Shown: positions 10,240 through 22,420, numbered from the stretch's first letter. The stretch is 64,000 nt of DNA from Scyliorhinus canicula (GCF_902713615.1 NW_024055467.1:62001-126000); one strand, 5' to 3'. The notes: generated by a model not told the origin, from the letters alone. Numbers and translations: made by a program.

Positions 10240-11192
10240 CCAGAAGGCCTTTGACAAGGTGCTGCATAGGAAACAATTAAATACGTTTTTAAAAATCAAT
10301 TTTGAGATTTTATTTTCCAATATAGGGGCAATTTAGCGTGGTCAATCCACCTCACCTGCACATCTTTGGGTTGTGGGGGTGAAACCCATGCAGACATGGG
10401 GAGAATGTGCAAACTCCACACGAACAGTCACCCAGGGCCGGAATTCCAATCCGGGTCCTGAGCGCCGCAGTCCCAGTGCTATCCACTGCGCCACATGCCG
10501 CCCTACTATTAAATAAGTTAACAAAGTGTCTTGGGAGTCCTTGTTCAAGATTTTCTTAAGGTGAACGTGCAGGTTCAGTCGGCAGTTAGGAAGGCAAATT
10601 CAATGCTAGCATTCATGTCGAGAGGGTGAGAATACAAGAGCAGTGATGTACATCTGAGGCTGTATGAGGCTCTGGTCAGACTCCATTTGGAGTATTGTGA
10701 GCAGTTTTGGGCCCTGTATCTAAGGAAGGATGTGCTGGCCTTGGAAAGGGTGCAGAGGAGGTTCACAAGAATGATCCCTGGAATGAAGAGCTTGTCGTAT
10801 GAGGAGCGGTTGAGGACTCTGTGTCTGTACTCATTGGAGTTTAGAAGGATGAGGGAGGGATCTTATTGATACTGCGAGGCCTGGATAGAGTGGATGTGGA
10901 GAGGATGTTTCCACTTTTAGGAAAAACTAGAACCAGAGAACACAATCTCAGACTAAAGGGACGATCCTTTAAAACAGAGATGAGGAGGAATTTCTTTGCT
11001 GTAGAATGCTGTGGAGGCCAAATCAGAGTGTCTTTAAGACAGAGATAGATAGGTTCTTGATCAATGAGGGGATCAGGGTTTATGGCGAGAAGGCAAGAGA
11101 ATGGGAATACCAAAATATCAGCCATGATTGAATGGTGCAGCAGACTCGATAGGCCGAGTGGCCTAATTCTGCTCATATGTCTTATGGTCCTG
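10240..11192 (+). mobile_element. CR1 LINE 3' fragment with nested A-tailed SINE (~10285-10503, -)
   Basis: EYCEQFWALYLRKDVLALERVQRRFTRMIPG and RTREHNLRLKG motifs plus CR1 tail. Confidence 0.85.
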
Positions 11193-11309
11193 TCCTGTTG
11201 CATTGAAATATTAGTTTATATTCACTCTCGGGTCACTTTACCTGCATTCTGTTTAAAATTGTACCGTTTAGTTTACTTTGCCTCTCCTCATTCTTCCTTC
11301 CAAATACAT

Positions 11310-11565
11310 ACTTTTTTAAAAAAATGTTTTGAAATATTTTTTAAAAATAAATTCAGAGTACCTAATTCAATTTTTCCAATTAAGGGAAATTTAGCGTGGC
11401 GAATCCACCTACCCTGCACATCTTTGGCTTGTGGGGGTGAAACCCACGCAAACGCGGGGAGAATGTGCAAATTCCACACGGACAGTGACCCAGAGCTGGG
11501 CTCGAACCTGGGACCTTGGTGCCATGAGGCAGCAGTGCTAACCACTGCACCGCCATGCTTCCTCA
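11310..11565 (-). mobile_element. Short HE1-head SINE with A/T-rich tail and 12-bp TSD
   Basis: TTCCAAATACAT at 11298-11309 and 11566-11577. Confidence 0.8.
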
Positions 11566-12139
11566 TTCCAAATACATCCTCAATTTGAATCGCTTTGGGA
11601 TGTTGTGAGCTTGTAAAAGATGCAACATGAACACAAGTATTTTCTATCACATTTACAGCTGACTTAAGTTGTAGATTTTGCTCTGGAACGTTTAAATGAG
11701 ATTGACAGTCACAGTTTAACTATTTTACTGCAGAAAGAGTTGGTTGTAAATACAAGGTTCCTTAGTGCAGCCTTGGCAAACTGAGTGTAACCCCGAGAGT
11801 CTGGTGAGTGGGGGAATTCGGTGAAGGAGGTGTTTGTTCCTTTTCTACCTTTTTCGTCCTGTACAAATTGGTTCTTACTCTACTACTGGGAAATCATTTG
11901 TAATTTGTTGAGTATTTGGTAAGTTGTTCAGGTTTACTCTATTCCTAAGGTTCAGCGGGGAGTCAGTGAATTCAGAGGGATGATCCCAGACAGCAGTTCT
12001 TCAAGGTTCACTGCAGCCCTGGCAGCTCCATTCTCATCTCAGGAGAGCTCAGCAACTGCAGACACTGTTTACATCGGAGTTCTCCTGGTGCGGCGGGAGC
12101 AACATTTTGCTTTAACACCAAAACAACCTGAGTAATCGG

Positions 12140-13440
12140 TCACTCGTCAGATGCTGGTTGTGGAATCTTACAGCCAGCACAGGGCGGGGAAGTGAGCAGG
12201 ACCTGACGTGCGAGAGCACATGGGCAGTAGAGATGTGGATGCTGACACATTCTGGTCAGGGGAAGTGCGGACTGAATGGGAGGTTGACCAGGAATTTAAA
12301 CAGGGGAATGGATGTGGGTTTCAGCAGTAGCCGAGCTGGGTGGGGTGGAGACAGGCGACATTATAGATTTTGAAGTATCTGGTATGAGTGATGGTGTGAA
12401 TATGTGGTCAGAATCTCATCTCAGCGCGGTGGCACGGTGGTTAGCACTGCTGCCTCCTAGCACCAGGAACCCGGATTCAATTCCGGCCTTGGGTGACTGT
12501 GTGGAGTTTACACATCCATTCCGTGGGTTTTCTGCGTGGGTTTCCTCCCACAGTCCACAGATGTGCAGGTTAGGTGGATTGGCCATGCTAAATTACCCCT
12601 TAGATCCAAAAGATGAGCAGGTTAGATGGGGTCCTGCACTGTAGAGATTCTATGATTGTGCAGAGTGTGGTTCAGCCTCAGATAGTTCCCAGGGAGAGGG
12701 ATGGACTCGGGATTTAGAGAACGGAATTTCTGATGGTGACTGAATACAATGGCTTTGGTCTTCCCAATTTTTAATTGGAAGAAATTTCTGCTCATCCAAT
12801 GCTGGATGTGGGATAAGCAGTTTGATAATTTAGTAACAGTGGAGGAATGGAGAGGGATGGGGGTGAGGTAGAGCTGGGTGTTGTCAGTGTACATGTGAAA
12901 ACTAACACGGTGCTTTGGGATGATGTCACCTAGTGGCAGCGTGCAGATGGGAAATAGGAGGGGCCGAGGGTAGATCCTTGGGGAACACCGAGTACACTGA
13001 CTTTGGAGAGGAAAGCGATATGAGATAGGCGGTACTTTGCAACATTAGTCGGAAAAGTTTTGTTTTTTAAAAGGATAGGTGATGATGGTGGATTTAAAGG
13101 TGAGAGTGACAGTACCAAAAGAGAGAGAGAAATATTAACAATATCAGCTAACACGGAGAAGCTAACATGGTCAGGATGTTTAGTGCGAATGGAGTCAAGG
13201 AGCAGAAGGCAGGTCTCTGACAAGATGAGCTCTGAGGAAGATTGAAGATAGGAGTGAAACTGGAGAAAGATGCAGATTTAGGGCTCAGACTTTGAGGAAA
13301 TTTAGAAATGGTTTGGTCTGGTGGGTTAGTGGGAGGGAGGGAAGTAGCAGAGGCAGCTGATCGGATTTACTCAATCTCCGTAACAAAGAAGCTCCACAAT
13401 CTCCTCACACTTGTTGGAGGTGAGGAAGGAAGAGACTGGG
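12140..13440 (-). mobile_element. Degenerate L2-type LINE with nested HE1 (12425-12655, +)
   Basis: GVPQGSTLGP, MYTDNTQLYL and WMSRNFFQLKIGKTKAIVF motifs. Confidence 0.75.
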
Positions 13441-13631
13441 GAACCTTTCAAAGGGAATTAATCTGTTAGAGATACTTTAAAAATTACCACACTGTTGAAC
13501 ATAAAGCTGGTTTATTTGACTTTTATGTGAAATGTTAACCACCAGAACTGGAGTTTATTAACACCAGCAGAAACTGACCCAATGAATATGGTTCACCCCC
13601 GGATACAATTAACAGAACAATTCAATCACAG

Positions 13632-14669
13632 TTACCTGTGAAGTTGCTGGTGTAGCAGCAGGTTGGCTGACTGTGTGAATCCCTTCCCACACTCTGGGCA
13701 AGTGAATGGTCTTTCCCCAGTGTGAATGCGCCGATGTGTCACCAGATGGGATGATTGACTGAATCCTTTCTCACACTCAGAGCAGGTGAATGGCCTCTCC
13801 CCAGTGTGAACTCGCTGGTGTGTCAGTAGGTGGGATGACCGAGTGAATCCCTTCCCACACTGGGAGCAGGTGAACGGCCTCTCTCCACTGTGGATGCGCT
13901 GATGTTCCAGCAGGGTGGATAACCGAGTAAATCCCTTCCCACACTCAGAGCAGTTGAAGGGTCTCTCCCCAGTATGAACTCGCTGATGTACTATCAGATC
14001 AGATGATCGCCTGAACCCAGTCCCACAGTGAGAACATCTGAACGGCCTCTCCCCAGTGTGAACACGTTGATGAAACATCAGTTCCCAGGAACTTGTATAG
14101 CCCTTCTCACAGTCCTGACATTTAAAAGGTCTCTCCCCGGTGTGAATTCGCTGGTGTGTCCGCAGGTGGGATGAGTGAGCAAATCCTTTGCCACACGTGG
14201 AGCAGATGAACGGCCTCTCCCCAGTGTGAATTCGCTGGTGGACAGTGAGGACAGATAATGTCTTGAACCCAGTCCTGCAGTGAGAGCACTTGAAAGGTCT
14301 CTCATCACTGTGAACACGTCGATGACCAGTCAGTTCCCGGGAACTTTTATAGCACTTCCCACAGTCTGGACATTTAAAAGGTCTCTCGTCTGTGTGAACT
14401 TGTCGGTGTTGCAGCAAGGAGGATGAACAAGTGAATCCCTTCCCACACTCTGAGCAGGTGAACGGTCTCTCCCCACTGTGACTACGCTGATGGTTCCCCA
14501 GCTCAGATGGGTAATTAAAGCCCTTCCCACAGTCTCCACATTTCCACGGCTTCTCTCTGTGGTGACTGCAGTTATGGTTTGTCATACCAGATGACGGACT
14601 AAAGTCTTGTCCATACACAGAACATGTGTCCGGTTTCTTTTCACTGTGAACGGTGCTTTTTCCTTCCAT
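13632..14669 (-). CDS. C2H2 zinc-finger protein ZNF-B, 345 aa, 11 intact fingers plus 1 degenerate
   Basis: Open ORF with TGERPF linkers; upstream acceptor TTTCACAG (exon starts at 14746); AATAAA at 13511-13516 (-). Confidence 0.92.
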   Translation of the reverse strand: MEGKSTVHSEKKPDTCSVYGQDFSPSSGMTNHNCSHHREKPWKCGDCGKGFNYPSELGNHQRSHSGERPFTCSECGKGFTCSSSLLQHRQVHTDERPFKCPDCGKCYKSSRELTGHRRVHSDERPFKCSHCRTGFKTLSVLTVHQRIHTGERPFICSTCGKGFAHSSHLRTHQRIHTGERPFKCQDCEKGYTSSWELMFHQRVHTGERPFRCSHCGTGFRRSSDLIVHQRVHTGERPFNCSECGKGFTRLSTLLEHQRIHSGERPFTCSQCGKGFTRSSHLLTHQRVHTGERPFTCSECEKGFSQSSHLVTHRRIHTGERPFTCPECGKGFTQSANLLLHQQLHR

Positions 14670-15720
14670 GTTTCAAATATGGTGGTATACAGGTTACAAT
14701 AAACTGATTTAAGTTTCCTGACTGCAAATCCTCCCCTTCTAATACCCTGTGAAATTGATTTAAAACAGAAAAGATTGAGTGAGAGACCCAACAAAAACAC
14801 AATGGTAGGTTGTGAAATTGAGCTGAATGAATCTCGACATTTGTGGGACTGGCACTTGGAAAACGTGACCATGAATGAACTGGTTCATATGCCTTTCAAG
14901 GAAGGGAACCTGCCACTTGGTCTGGACCTATACAATTCTCTGGTCTCGCTGGGAGAGCAATAGAGGGGAGGGGAGGAGCAGGAAAGGAGAGGCAAGGAAT
15001 GAAGTAGAGATATTTTATATATCTACAACTCAACAAGACATTTGATGGAACTTCCAAAAACTCCTATCTTCCTCCACATAGAAGGACCAGGGTAGCAGGT
15101 GGTTGTGAACACCATCACCATCAAGTTCTCCTCCAACTTACACACCATTCTGACTTGTTCAACATCCAATACTGGAAGAATAGAAATTTCCTCCATTTTC
15201 ATATTGTCTGCAGTTCCCGCCAGCCACTATCTTCACCCCTTCTCCTTGGAACTGCCAGAGACCGAACCAGACTGAATATTTCACCTTAAACTTGAGCTTT
15301 CAACCAGATATCAACATCATCACCATTATTGACTATTTCCACCTCAATAACATCACCCAACCAAGGATGGCAGATTTACACAGTGAATGTCAATGACCTG
15401 GAACTCGATCATTATGCTAAAAGGGCGATTAAATTCAGGTGCTGATTAATCAAATAATGTGGCCAGATTTTGATGTGAAACTTGGTTCAAGTTTCCTGTC
15501 TGCAAATCCTCTTCTAATACCCTCTAAATGGAGGTTTACAAAAACCATCACTGTCAGTCCAGAAACTAAATTCAAAAGAGACAGACATTTCTCTTGGTTT
15601 AAGGTTGCTGTATCTAAATCCTCCCCTTCCAACCCCCAGTAAAGGAGTTTCCAAAATCTATCACGGCATTCCAGGAGAGAAATTCACAACACCCGCACCT
15701 CCGGCATCCTGAACAAAGAT

Positions 15721-15998
15721 GATGTGGAGATGCCAGTGTTGGACTGGGGTGGGCTCAGTAAGAAGTCTGACACCAGGTTAAAGTCCAACAGGTTTGTTTC
15801 GAATCACTAGATTTCGGAGCACTGCTCCTTCCTCAGGTGAATGAAGAGGTATATATATGTTTCTGGAACCTACCTCTTCATTCACCTGAGGAAGGAGCTG
15901 CGCTCCAAAAGCTCGTGTTTGAAACAAACCTGTTGGACTTTAACCTGGTGTCAGACTTACTGAGCTCACCCCAGTCCAACACCGGCATCTCCACGTCA
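15721..15998. mobile_element. Palindromic Penelope-derived element (two inverted terminal-repeat copies)
   Basis: 15721-15850 is the reverse complement of 15872-15998. The same repeat flanks GIY-YIG ORF fragments at 17.1 kb and 63.0 kb. Confidence 0.8.
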
Positions 15999-16089
15999 TC
16001 AGCAGCCAGTGAGGATGTGGAGGGAGCCATACAGTCGGCGGGTAGGATTTATAAATGTCTGGTGAAGGCTTCAAACTTCGAATACGAAC

Positions 16090-16260
16090 CTGCAGATCCC
16101 GTGTTTGCTGCTCCCAGTCTTTCTCCCGGGACAAGACTCTGGTTAACGGCCGCCATCTTGCTTCAGCGTGGAGCACAGCGCATGCGCTGGCATCGTAGTG
16201 ACGCAACAGAGTGGGCGGGACATCAAGGTTTCTATTCCCAGCCGGGTCCTAGCGCCAGGT
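16090..16260 (-). promoter_or_regulatory. ZNF-B promoter and first exon
   Basis: GC box (16213-16219), TGACGCAA, NRF1 GCGCATGCGC (16178-16187), YY1 AAGATGGCGG (16159-16150), candidate donor CAG/GTTCGT at 16090/16089. Confidence 0.7.
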
Positions 16261-16789
16261 AAAGAGTGAAGTACAACTTTTTTAAACCTCCCAATCCCAG
16301 GCTGCGCTGATGTTTGCAGCCTGGAGGATTCTATGAGTCATTGATATACAGTATTCAGTGTGAGAGGCTGCAGTCCTGTCTCGCTATCTGAACTGGTTAT
16401 ATAACTTTTGGTTGAATGAGTCAGGAGATTTACTCATTGTAACCCACAGGATTTGTGTGGTCCTTTCCAGTCCATTGTCAGCATGTTTGTGATATTTTCT
16501 TACCCTCACAGTGATTTGTCTTAATTTAAGATACATTTCAGCAGCAGGCTTTCTGGTGATTTTTAAATGGAAAGGTTATTTACTATCACACTGTTTCCAC
16601 GGATGTTTGAACATCTCAGTCCTTCGTCTCTTTCACACTCACTGACTCATACACGGAAATTAGATACAGATCGAGTTGAGGCTGGAATTGTGAATATGGA
16701 ATGTGTACTGCAATCTGTATATCGCTGCAGGTGTTGTTGAGTTGTTCCTTTAGTTGGAGTGAAGCGTTCTCAGAAACGAATCATTTCTG

Positions 16790-17030
16790 GGTGGCACGGT
16801 AGCACAGTGGTTAATACTGTTGCTTCACAGCGGCAGGTCCCAGGTTTGATTACTGCTTGGGTCACTGTAAATGTGGAGTCTGCATGTCCTCCCCGTGTGT
16901 GCGTGGGTTTCCTCTGGGTGCTTCGGTTTCCTCCCATGTGCAGGTTAGGTGGATTGGCTATGATAAATTGTCCTTAGTGTCCAAAAAGGTTAGGTACGGT
17001 TACCGGGTTACAGGGATGGGGTGGGGGGAA
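16790..17030 (+). mobile_element. HE1-type SINE (3' truncated)
   Basis: Head and central domain are recognisable. Confidence 0.8.
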
Positions 17031-17099
17031 AAATTAAATGAAAATCGCTTATTGCTCCTTCATCAGTGGAGGCAGGTTCACAAATGCTGTATAAATAGG

Positions 17100-17710
17100 T
17101 CATTCACCTGAGGAAGGAGCTGCGCTCCAAAAGCTGGTGATTTGAAACAAACTTGTTGGACTTTAAACTGGTGTTGTAAGACTTCTTACTGTGCCTACCC
17201 CAGTCCAATGCCGGCATCTCCACAGTATATATAGGCAGAGTCACAATTGCGAGATAATTACAGATTGGAATGTGAAGAATGCTTGGAATGTGAGTCTTTA
17301 CAGGTACAAACAATGTGAGGTAGACAATGTTGGCCGAGTTGCATGAGTATGTACTGTGTACTTGGTGGGTGGTGTTCTCATGTGTAATGGTGGTATCCAT
17401 GTTGATGATCCGGCGTGTCTTGCAGACATTGCCATGGCAGGTTTTGTGTTGTCACTATTCTCCTGAAGGCTTTTTGCTGCGAACAATGCTCTGTTTGAGG
17501 TTAGGCAAGGTTAGGATTGAAGGCAAGTAGTGGGGGTGTGGGGATGGCCTTGGCGTGATGTTCGTCGTCATCATTGACATGTTGAATGCTCCGAAGGAGA
17601 TGTCGTAGTTTCTCCACTCCAGGGAAGTACTGGACGACGAAGGGTATTCTGTCAGTCGTGTCCTGTGATCGTGTTCCGAGGAGGTCGGTGTGGCTTTTCA
17701 CTCTGGCTCA
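17100..17710 (-). mobile_element. Penelope-like element fragment with inverted terminal repeat
   Basis: DRIPFVVQYFPGVEKLRH and TYSCNSANIVY on -; terminal repeat 17100-17222 in the opposite orientation. Confidence 0.8.
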
Positions 17711-18999
17711 TTTCTTGCTCAGACATCCTGTTTAACCTTTACCCAGGTGTCTGGTTTACATATGGGACCTGAGATCCTCCCCAAATGATCAAGTTTATCT
17801 TGATTCAGGTTCTGTGCTGGAGACATGTCCTTGGCAGAGATAACAGACCGTCACTGTCCTGTGTTTGTCAAGTCAGGAAGCTTTCTTCACAATACATTTC
17901 TTAAGATTTTATAACACTATTGGACAATGATGTCTTACCTGGAGAAGGGAATATCCTTATTGACTGCTCACAACTGATTTCTGACTAACCCAGTTATTTC
18001 TAAGCTGTGAGCTTGTTTTCCTAATTTCTTGATTATAAACTGGAGATAACAAAGAAAAGCCACCAGAATGATGACAATCAGCAGCACAAACCCTTGAGCC
18101 ATCATCACGAATACAAGTCAAATATTTCCAGTAAAATGTGATAACCATCGACTCAGATTCATCCGCCCCACCTGCAGATCATCCCTCACAATTCTAAATT
18201 ATTGACATGCTGTAAATAGAACATAAAATATGTTTTAAATATCGATTGAACAAAAGTTCATGCACGGACTTTAATGATTCTCCAGCTCTCTGTTCACCTA
18301 CATCCACCTTGTCAATATTTTTCAAACTAATTAGCGGGGTTCCAGTGACTCTTCATCCACATTTGATTAAAAAATGTTCCGGTCTTTTGAACCAGGGTTC
18401 TATTCTGGCATCTTCCCATCCAGTTATAAGAGCAATGGAGTTTTTAACAGTTTTATTGATGGTGTCAGTTAAAACATGAATGTTGGTCCCACTGGACCAG
18501 GAGATCTCCCCTGTGGACAGTGTGTGGAGCTGCTGAGCTCTCCTGAGCTAAGAATGGAGCTGATTGAGCTGTCGGGCTGCAGTGAACCTGGGAGACCCGC
18601 TGTCTGGGATCTTTCCTCTTCATTCAGATTCCCAGCTGAAGCTGTTTCTGCAGTAAAATAGTTTAATTTGAATATCAATCCCAATTTAATCTTTGGAGCA
18701 AAATCTACAAATTTAAATCAGCTGTAAAAGAGAAAGATTTGACAGGGACTGTTATTGACCCCAAGGCACAGTCAATGGTAGATTTTGGAAGGAAGATGGA
18801 GGAGAGGCTGTATATAAATGGTGCAATTTTAAACAGAGTGTAGCATCAACAATACTAGGGGGTAAATGTAAAAAATTGATTTATTATGACAAGCGGAGTT
18901 GATGAAGCTGTTTAATAGGGTCCTTGGTTTATTAATGTAGACATGGTGTACAAATGAAAGGAAGCTATCGTGAATCTTAGTAAATTACTGATTATCCAG

Positions 19000-21655
19000 C
19001 AGTGTGGAAAATTATCCAGGAATGTCTTGTACACAAAGAGCAGGACAAATCAAACCCAGCCCATTACTGCCTCATCAGTCTTCTCTCAATCATCAGTAAA
19101 GTGATGGAGGGATCATCAACAGTGCTATCAAGTGGCACATGCTCAGCAATAACCTGCTCACTGATGCCAGGTTGCGTTCTGGCAGGGTCACTCAGCTCCT
19201 GACCTCATTATGTCCTTGGTTCAAACATAGACAAAAGAGCTGAACTCCAGAGGTGATCTGAGAGTGACTTATTGACACCACGGCAGTATTTGACCGAGTG
19301 TGGCATCAGGGAGTCCCAGCAAAATTGCTGTCAATGGGAATCGGGTAAACTGTCCGCTGGTTGGAGTCAAACCTGGCACAAAGAAAGATGGTTGTTGGAG
19401 GTCAATCATCTCAGCTTCAGGACATCACTGCAGGAGCTCCTCGGGGTCCTGTCCAAGGTCTAACCATCTTCAGCTGCTTCATCAATGACCTTCCTTCCAT
19501 CATAAGGTCAGACGTGGGGATGTTCAGCATCACTCACGACTCCTCAGACACTGAAGCAGTTCATGTCCAAATGCAGCAACCTGGGCAATATCCGGGCTTG
19601 GGCTGACAAGTGGCAAGTAACATTCATGCCACACAACTGCCAGGCAATGACCATCTCCAACAAGAGAGAAACTTATGATCACTGCTAAACATTTAAAGGC
19701 ATTACCATCATTGAGTCCCATACTATCAACATCCTGGGGGTTACCATTGAACAGAAACTGAACTGGACTAGAGGTTGAAGAAGGCAACTCACCACCATCT
19801 TCTGAAGGGCAACTCGGGATGGGCAATAAATGCTGGTCCAATGAGCGACATCCATATCCTGTAAATGAATAAAACAATACAAATATATAAATACTGTGGC
19901 TACAGAGCAGCTCAGAGGCGAGGAATCCTGCGGCGAGTAATTCACCTCCTGGCTCCGCAAGGCCAGACCACCATCGAAAAGCCACAAGTCAGGAGTGTGA
20001 TGGAATACTCTCCTCTTGACTGGATGAGTGTAGCACCAACAATATTCAAGAAGCTCATACCATCCAGTACAAACAAACCCATTTGATTGGCACCCCATCC
20101 ACAAATATTCAATCCCTCTACCATTGGCGAACAGTGACAGCCATGTGTATGTTCTTGAAAATACAGAAAAATGTGTCATTTGAAACATGGAAGTCTGGCA
20201 ATATCTGGTTTGAGAGGGTACAGGGAAAGATCCCACAAAAGGTTAATAGCAGCTGCAAAGAGCAGGGTTATAAAATGCAGATTCTTGCTCACAAGCAGGT
20301 TTCGCAGACACACAGGTTTTATGTGGTAAGCTAAAACAATGGCTCACACCTTCATGGAATGTAACTATCTCAGGAAGCATCTGAAAAAGCATGGATGAGA
20401 GTTTCAATTACATTAAGTGACGAATGTTTAAAACAGGCAAGTCTTTCAAGTCATAACCAAGTTAAATTTTAGCATACAGCTAAAAGCAAAGTTTCACACC
20501 TTAATTGAAATAAACTCTCTTAGTAAACAGCTGGAAAGGATGGATGATGCTCAGTCGAATTTGGTGTCAATTTTAAAGTGTAAAATTCTACGAACATCAA
20601 GTCAATTAAAAAAAATTGGAGACGACCTGTCTACGAGAAACATCATTTAAGTCAAAATCAAAGGCAAAGTTATGAGCTGGGGACAATTGGAAAATTAAAC
20701 GATTCGAAATCACAGAAATAAAAGTTAACTATTGAAACCAAAGCATTGTTTAATCAGATCTGAGAGGAGACGATATGCCCAAAATGAATAATTAGTTGTA
20801 GTAAAATGTTTACATCAAAGATACTTTTAAACTATCAAAGTGAAATAAGCTCATTTACAATAAAGTCGTTAAAACTTAATAACTCTCAGAAAGAGAATAT
20901 AAACCCAGGGAGCAGCAGAGGACAGGACAGAGGAAACCAGCAACAGGAGAGAAGGGGAGGAGAACTCAGAGAGAGAGAGAGCTCGGTCATGGGAAAGACA
21001 AGGCAAGCAGCCGAGTTTAAACGGTTATACATCTAAGGAAGACTAGAATTTAAACAAGAGCCAGAGCCAACTCTCACAGCTCGGTGCATGGGAAGGACCG
21101 GACACAGCAACCGAGTTCACCAGCGAATACAACTCAAGAAGACCAGATTTTAAGAAGATCGATTGACAAGGTGGGACTGAAGGTCTGTACAACCAACCAG
21201 CAGCAGCCAGAAGCAAGATCTTTTTTCCTTTCTGTAAAGAAAGTGTTTGCAGCTTTTAAAAGAAAATATATAATAATAAAAATAACTTAACCTGAAAAAG
21301 TGGTTATTAGCTTACTTCACTTCCTTAATAACGCAGGACCCAGGACATCAATGCTATTAAGGGGTAAGTAGGTAAAATTCTTCGGTGAAGGTATGGGTTA
21401 TACCGGGGGATAACTTGAAAAGATAGTTTGACCTGAATAGCACCCACAGAAGCCTGCAGTCAGGGAGTGAGAATCCCTGTTCACCATCTAGAATATCGAC
21501 CTTTTTTTTGGTATAGGGGGAATTCTAAGAATAGTGGTGAGTTTTAACTTCATGTACTGTCTACAAGTTGCACTATAGTAATTCACCAAAGCTCCTTATC
21601 ACCTTCCAAACCCATGACTTCCACCATCAAGAGAGACAATAGCAGCAGGTACCTG
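19000..21655 (+). mobile_element. CR1/L2-group LINE RT fragment interrupted by a solo LTR
   Basis: SNPAHYCLISLLSIISKVME and TIFSCFINDLP motifs; the LINE sequence resumes after 21552. Confidence 0.75.
20150..21552 (+). mobile_element. Solo LTR, 1403 bp
   Basis: Starts TG, ends CA, with 4-bp TSD TGTA (20146-20149 and 21553-21556). TATAAA at 20898-20903, AATAAA at 21275-21280. Confidence 0.8.
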
Positions 21656-21761
21656 ATAAAAGGTATGGATAAATTAGACGTGGAGCGGATGCTTCCTCTT
21701 GTGGGTCATTGTAGAACGCGAGGTCATTGTCTCAAGATAGGGATAGCAAATTTCAAATAGA

Positions 21762-22101
21762 GATAGAATTTACAGTGCAGAAGGAGGCTATTCGGCCCAT
21801 TGAGTCTGCACCGGCTCCTGGAGAGAGCACCCTACCCAAGGACCTCCACCCTATCCCCATAACCCAGTAACCCCACCCAAAACTAAGAACAATTTTGGAC
21901 ACTGAGGCAATTTATCATGGCCAATCCACCTAACCTACACATCTTTGGACTGTGGGAGGAAACCAGAGCACCCGGAAGAAACCCACGTACACACGGGGAG
22001 GATGTGCAGACTCCGCACAGACAGTGACCCAAGCCGGAATCGAACCTGGGACCCTGGAGCTGTGAAGCAATTGCGCTATCCACAATGCTACCGTACTGCC
22101 C
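21762..22101 (-). mobile_element. HE1-type SINE
   Basis: Full-length antisense copy inside a CR1 3' end. Confidence 0.9.
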
Positions 22102-22420
22102 AAATGAGGAGAAACTACTTCTCAAAGGGTCGTCATAAATCTGTGGACTTCGCTACTGAAGAGTGTGGTGGGTGCTGGGACAGTCAATAAATTTAAGGAG
22201 GAGGTGGACAGATTTTTTTTTAAATTACCAATTAAGGGGCAATTTACCATGACCAGTGCACCTACCCTGTGGGGGTGAAACCCACACAGACATGGGGAGA
22301 ATGTGCAAAATCCCCATGGATAGTGACCCTAGGCTGGGACGAAACCTGGGTCCTCAGCGCCGTGAAGCAGCAGTGCTAACCACTACACCGCCGTGTCGCC
22401 CTCCAGATTTTTAATCAGTA

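Noticed and set aside
15538-15546. Perfect RSS nonamer ACAAAAACC
   Set aside because: No heptamer lies at 12 or 23 bp; it is part of the ZNF acceptor module.
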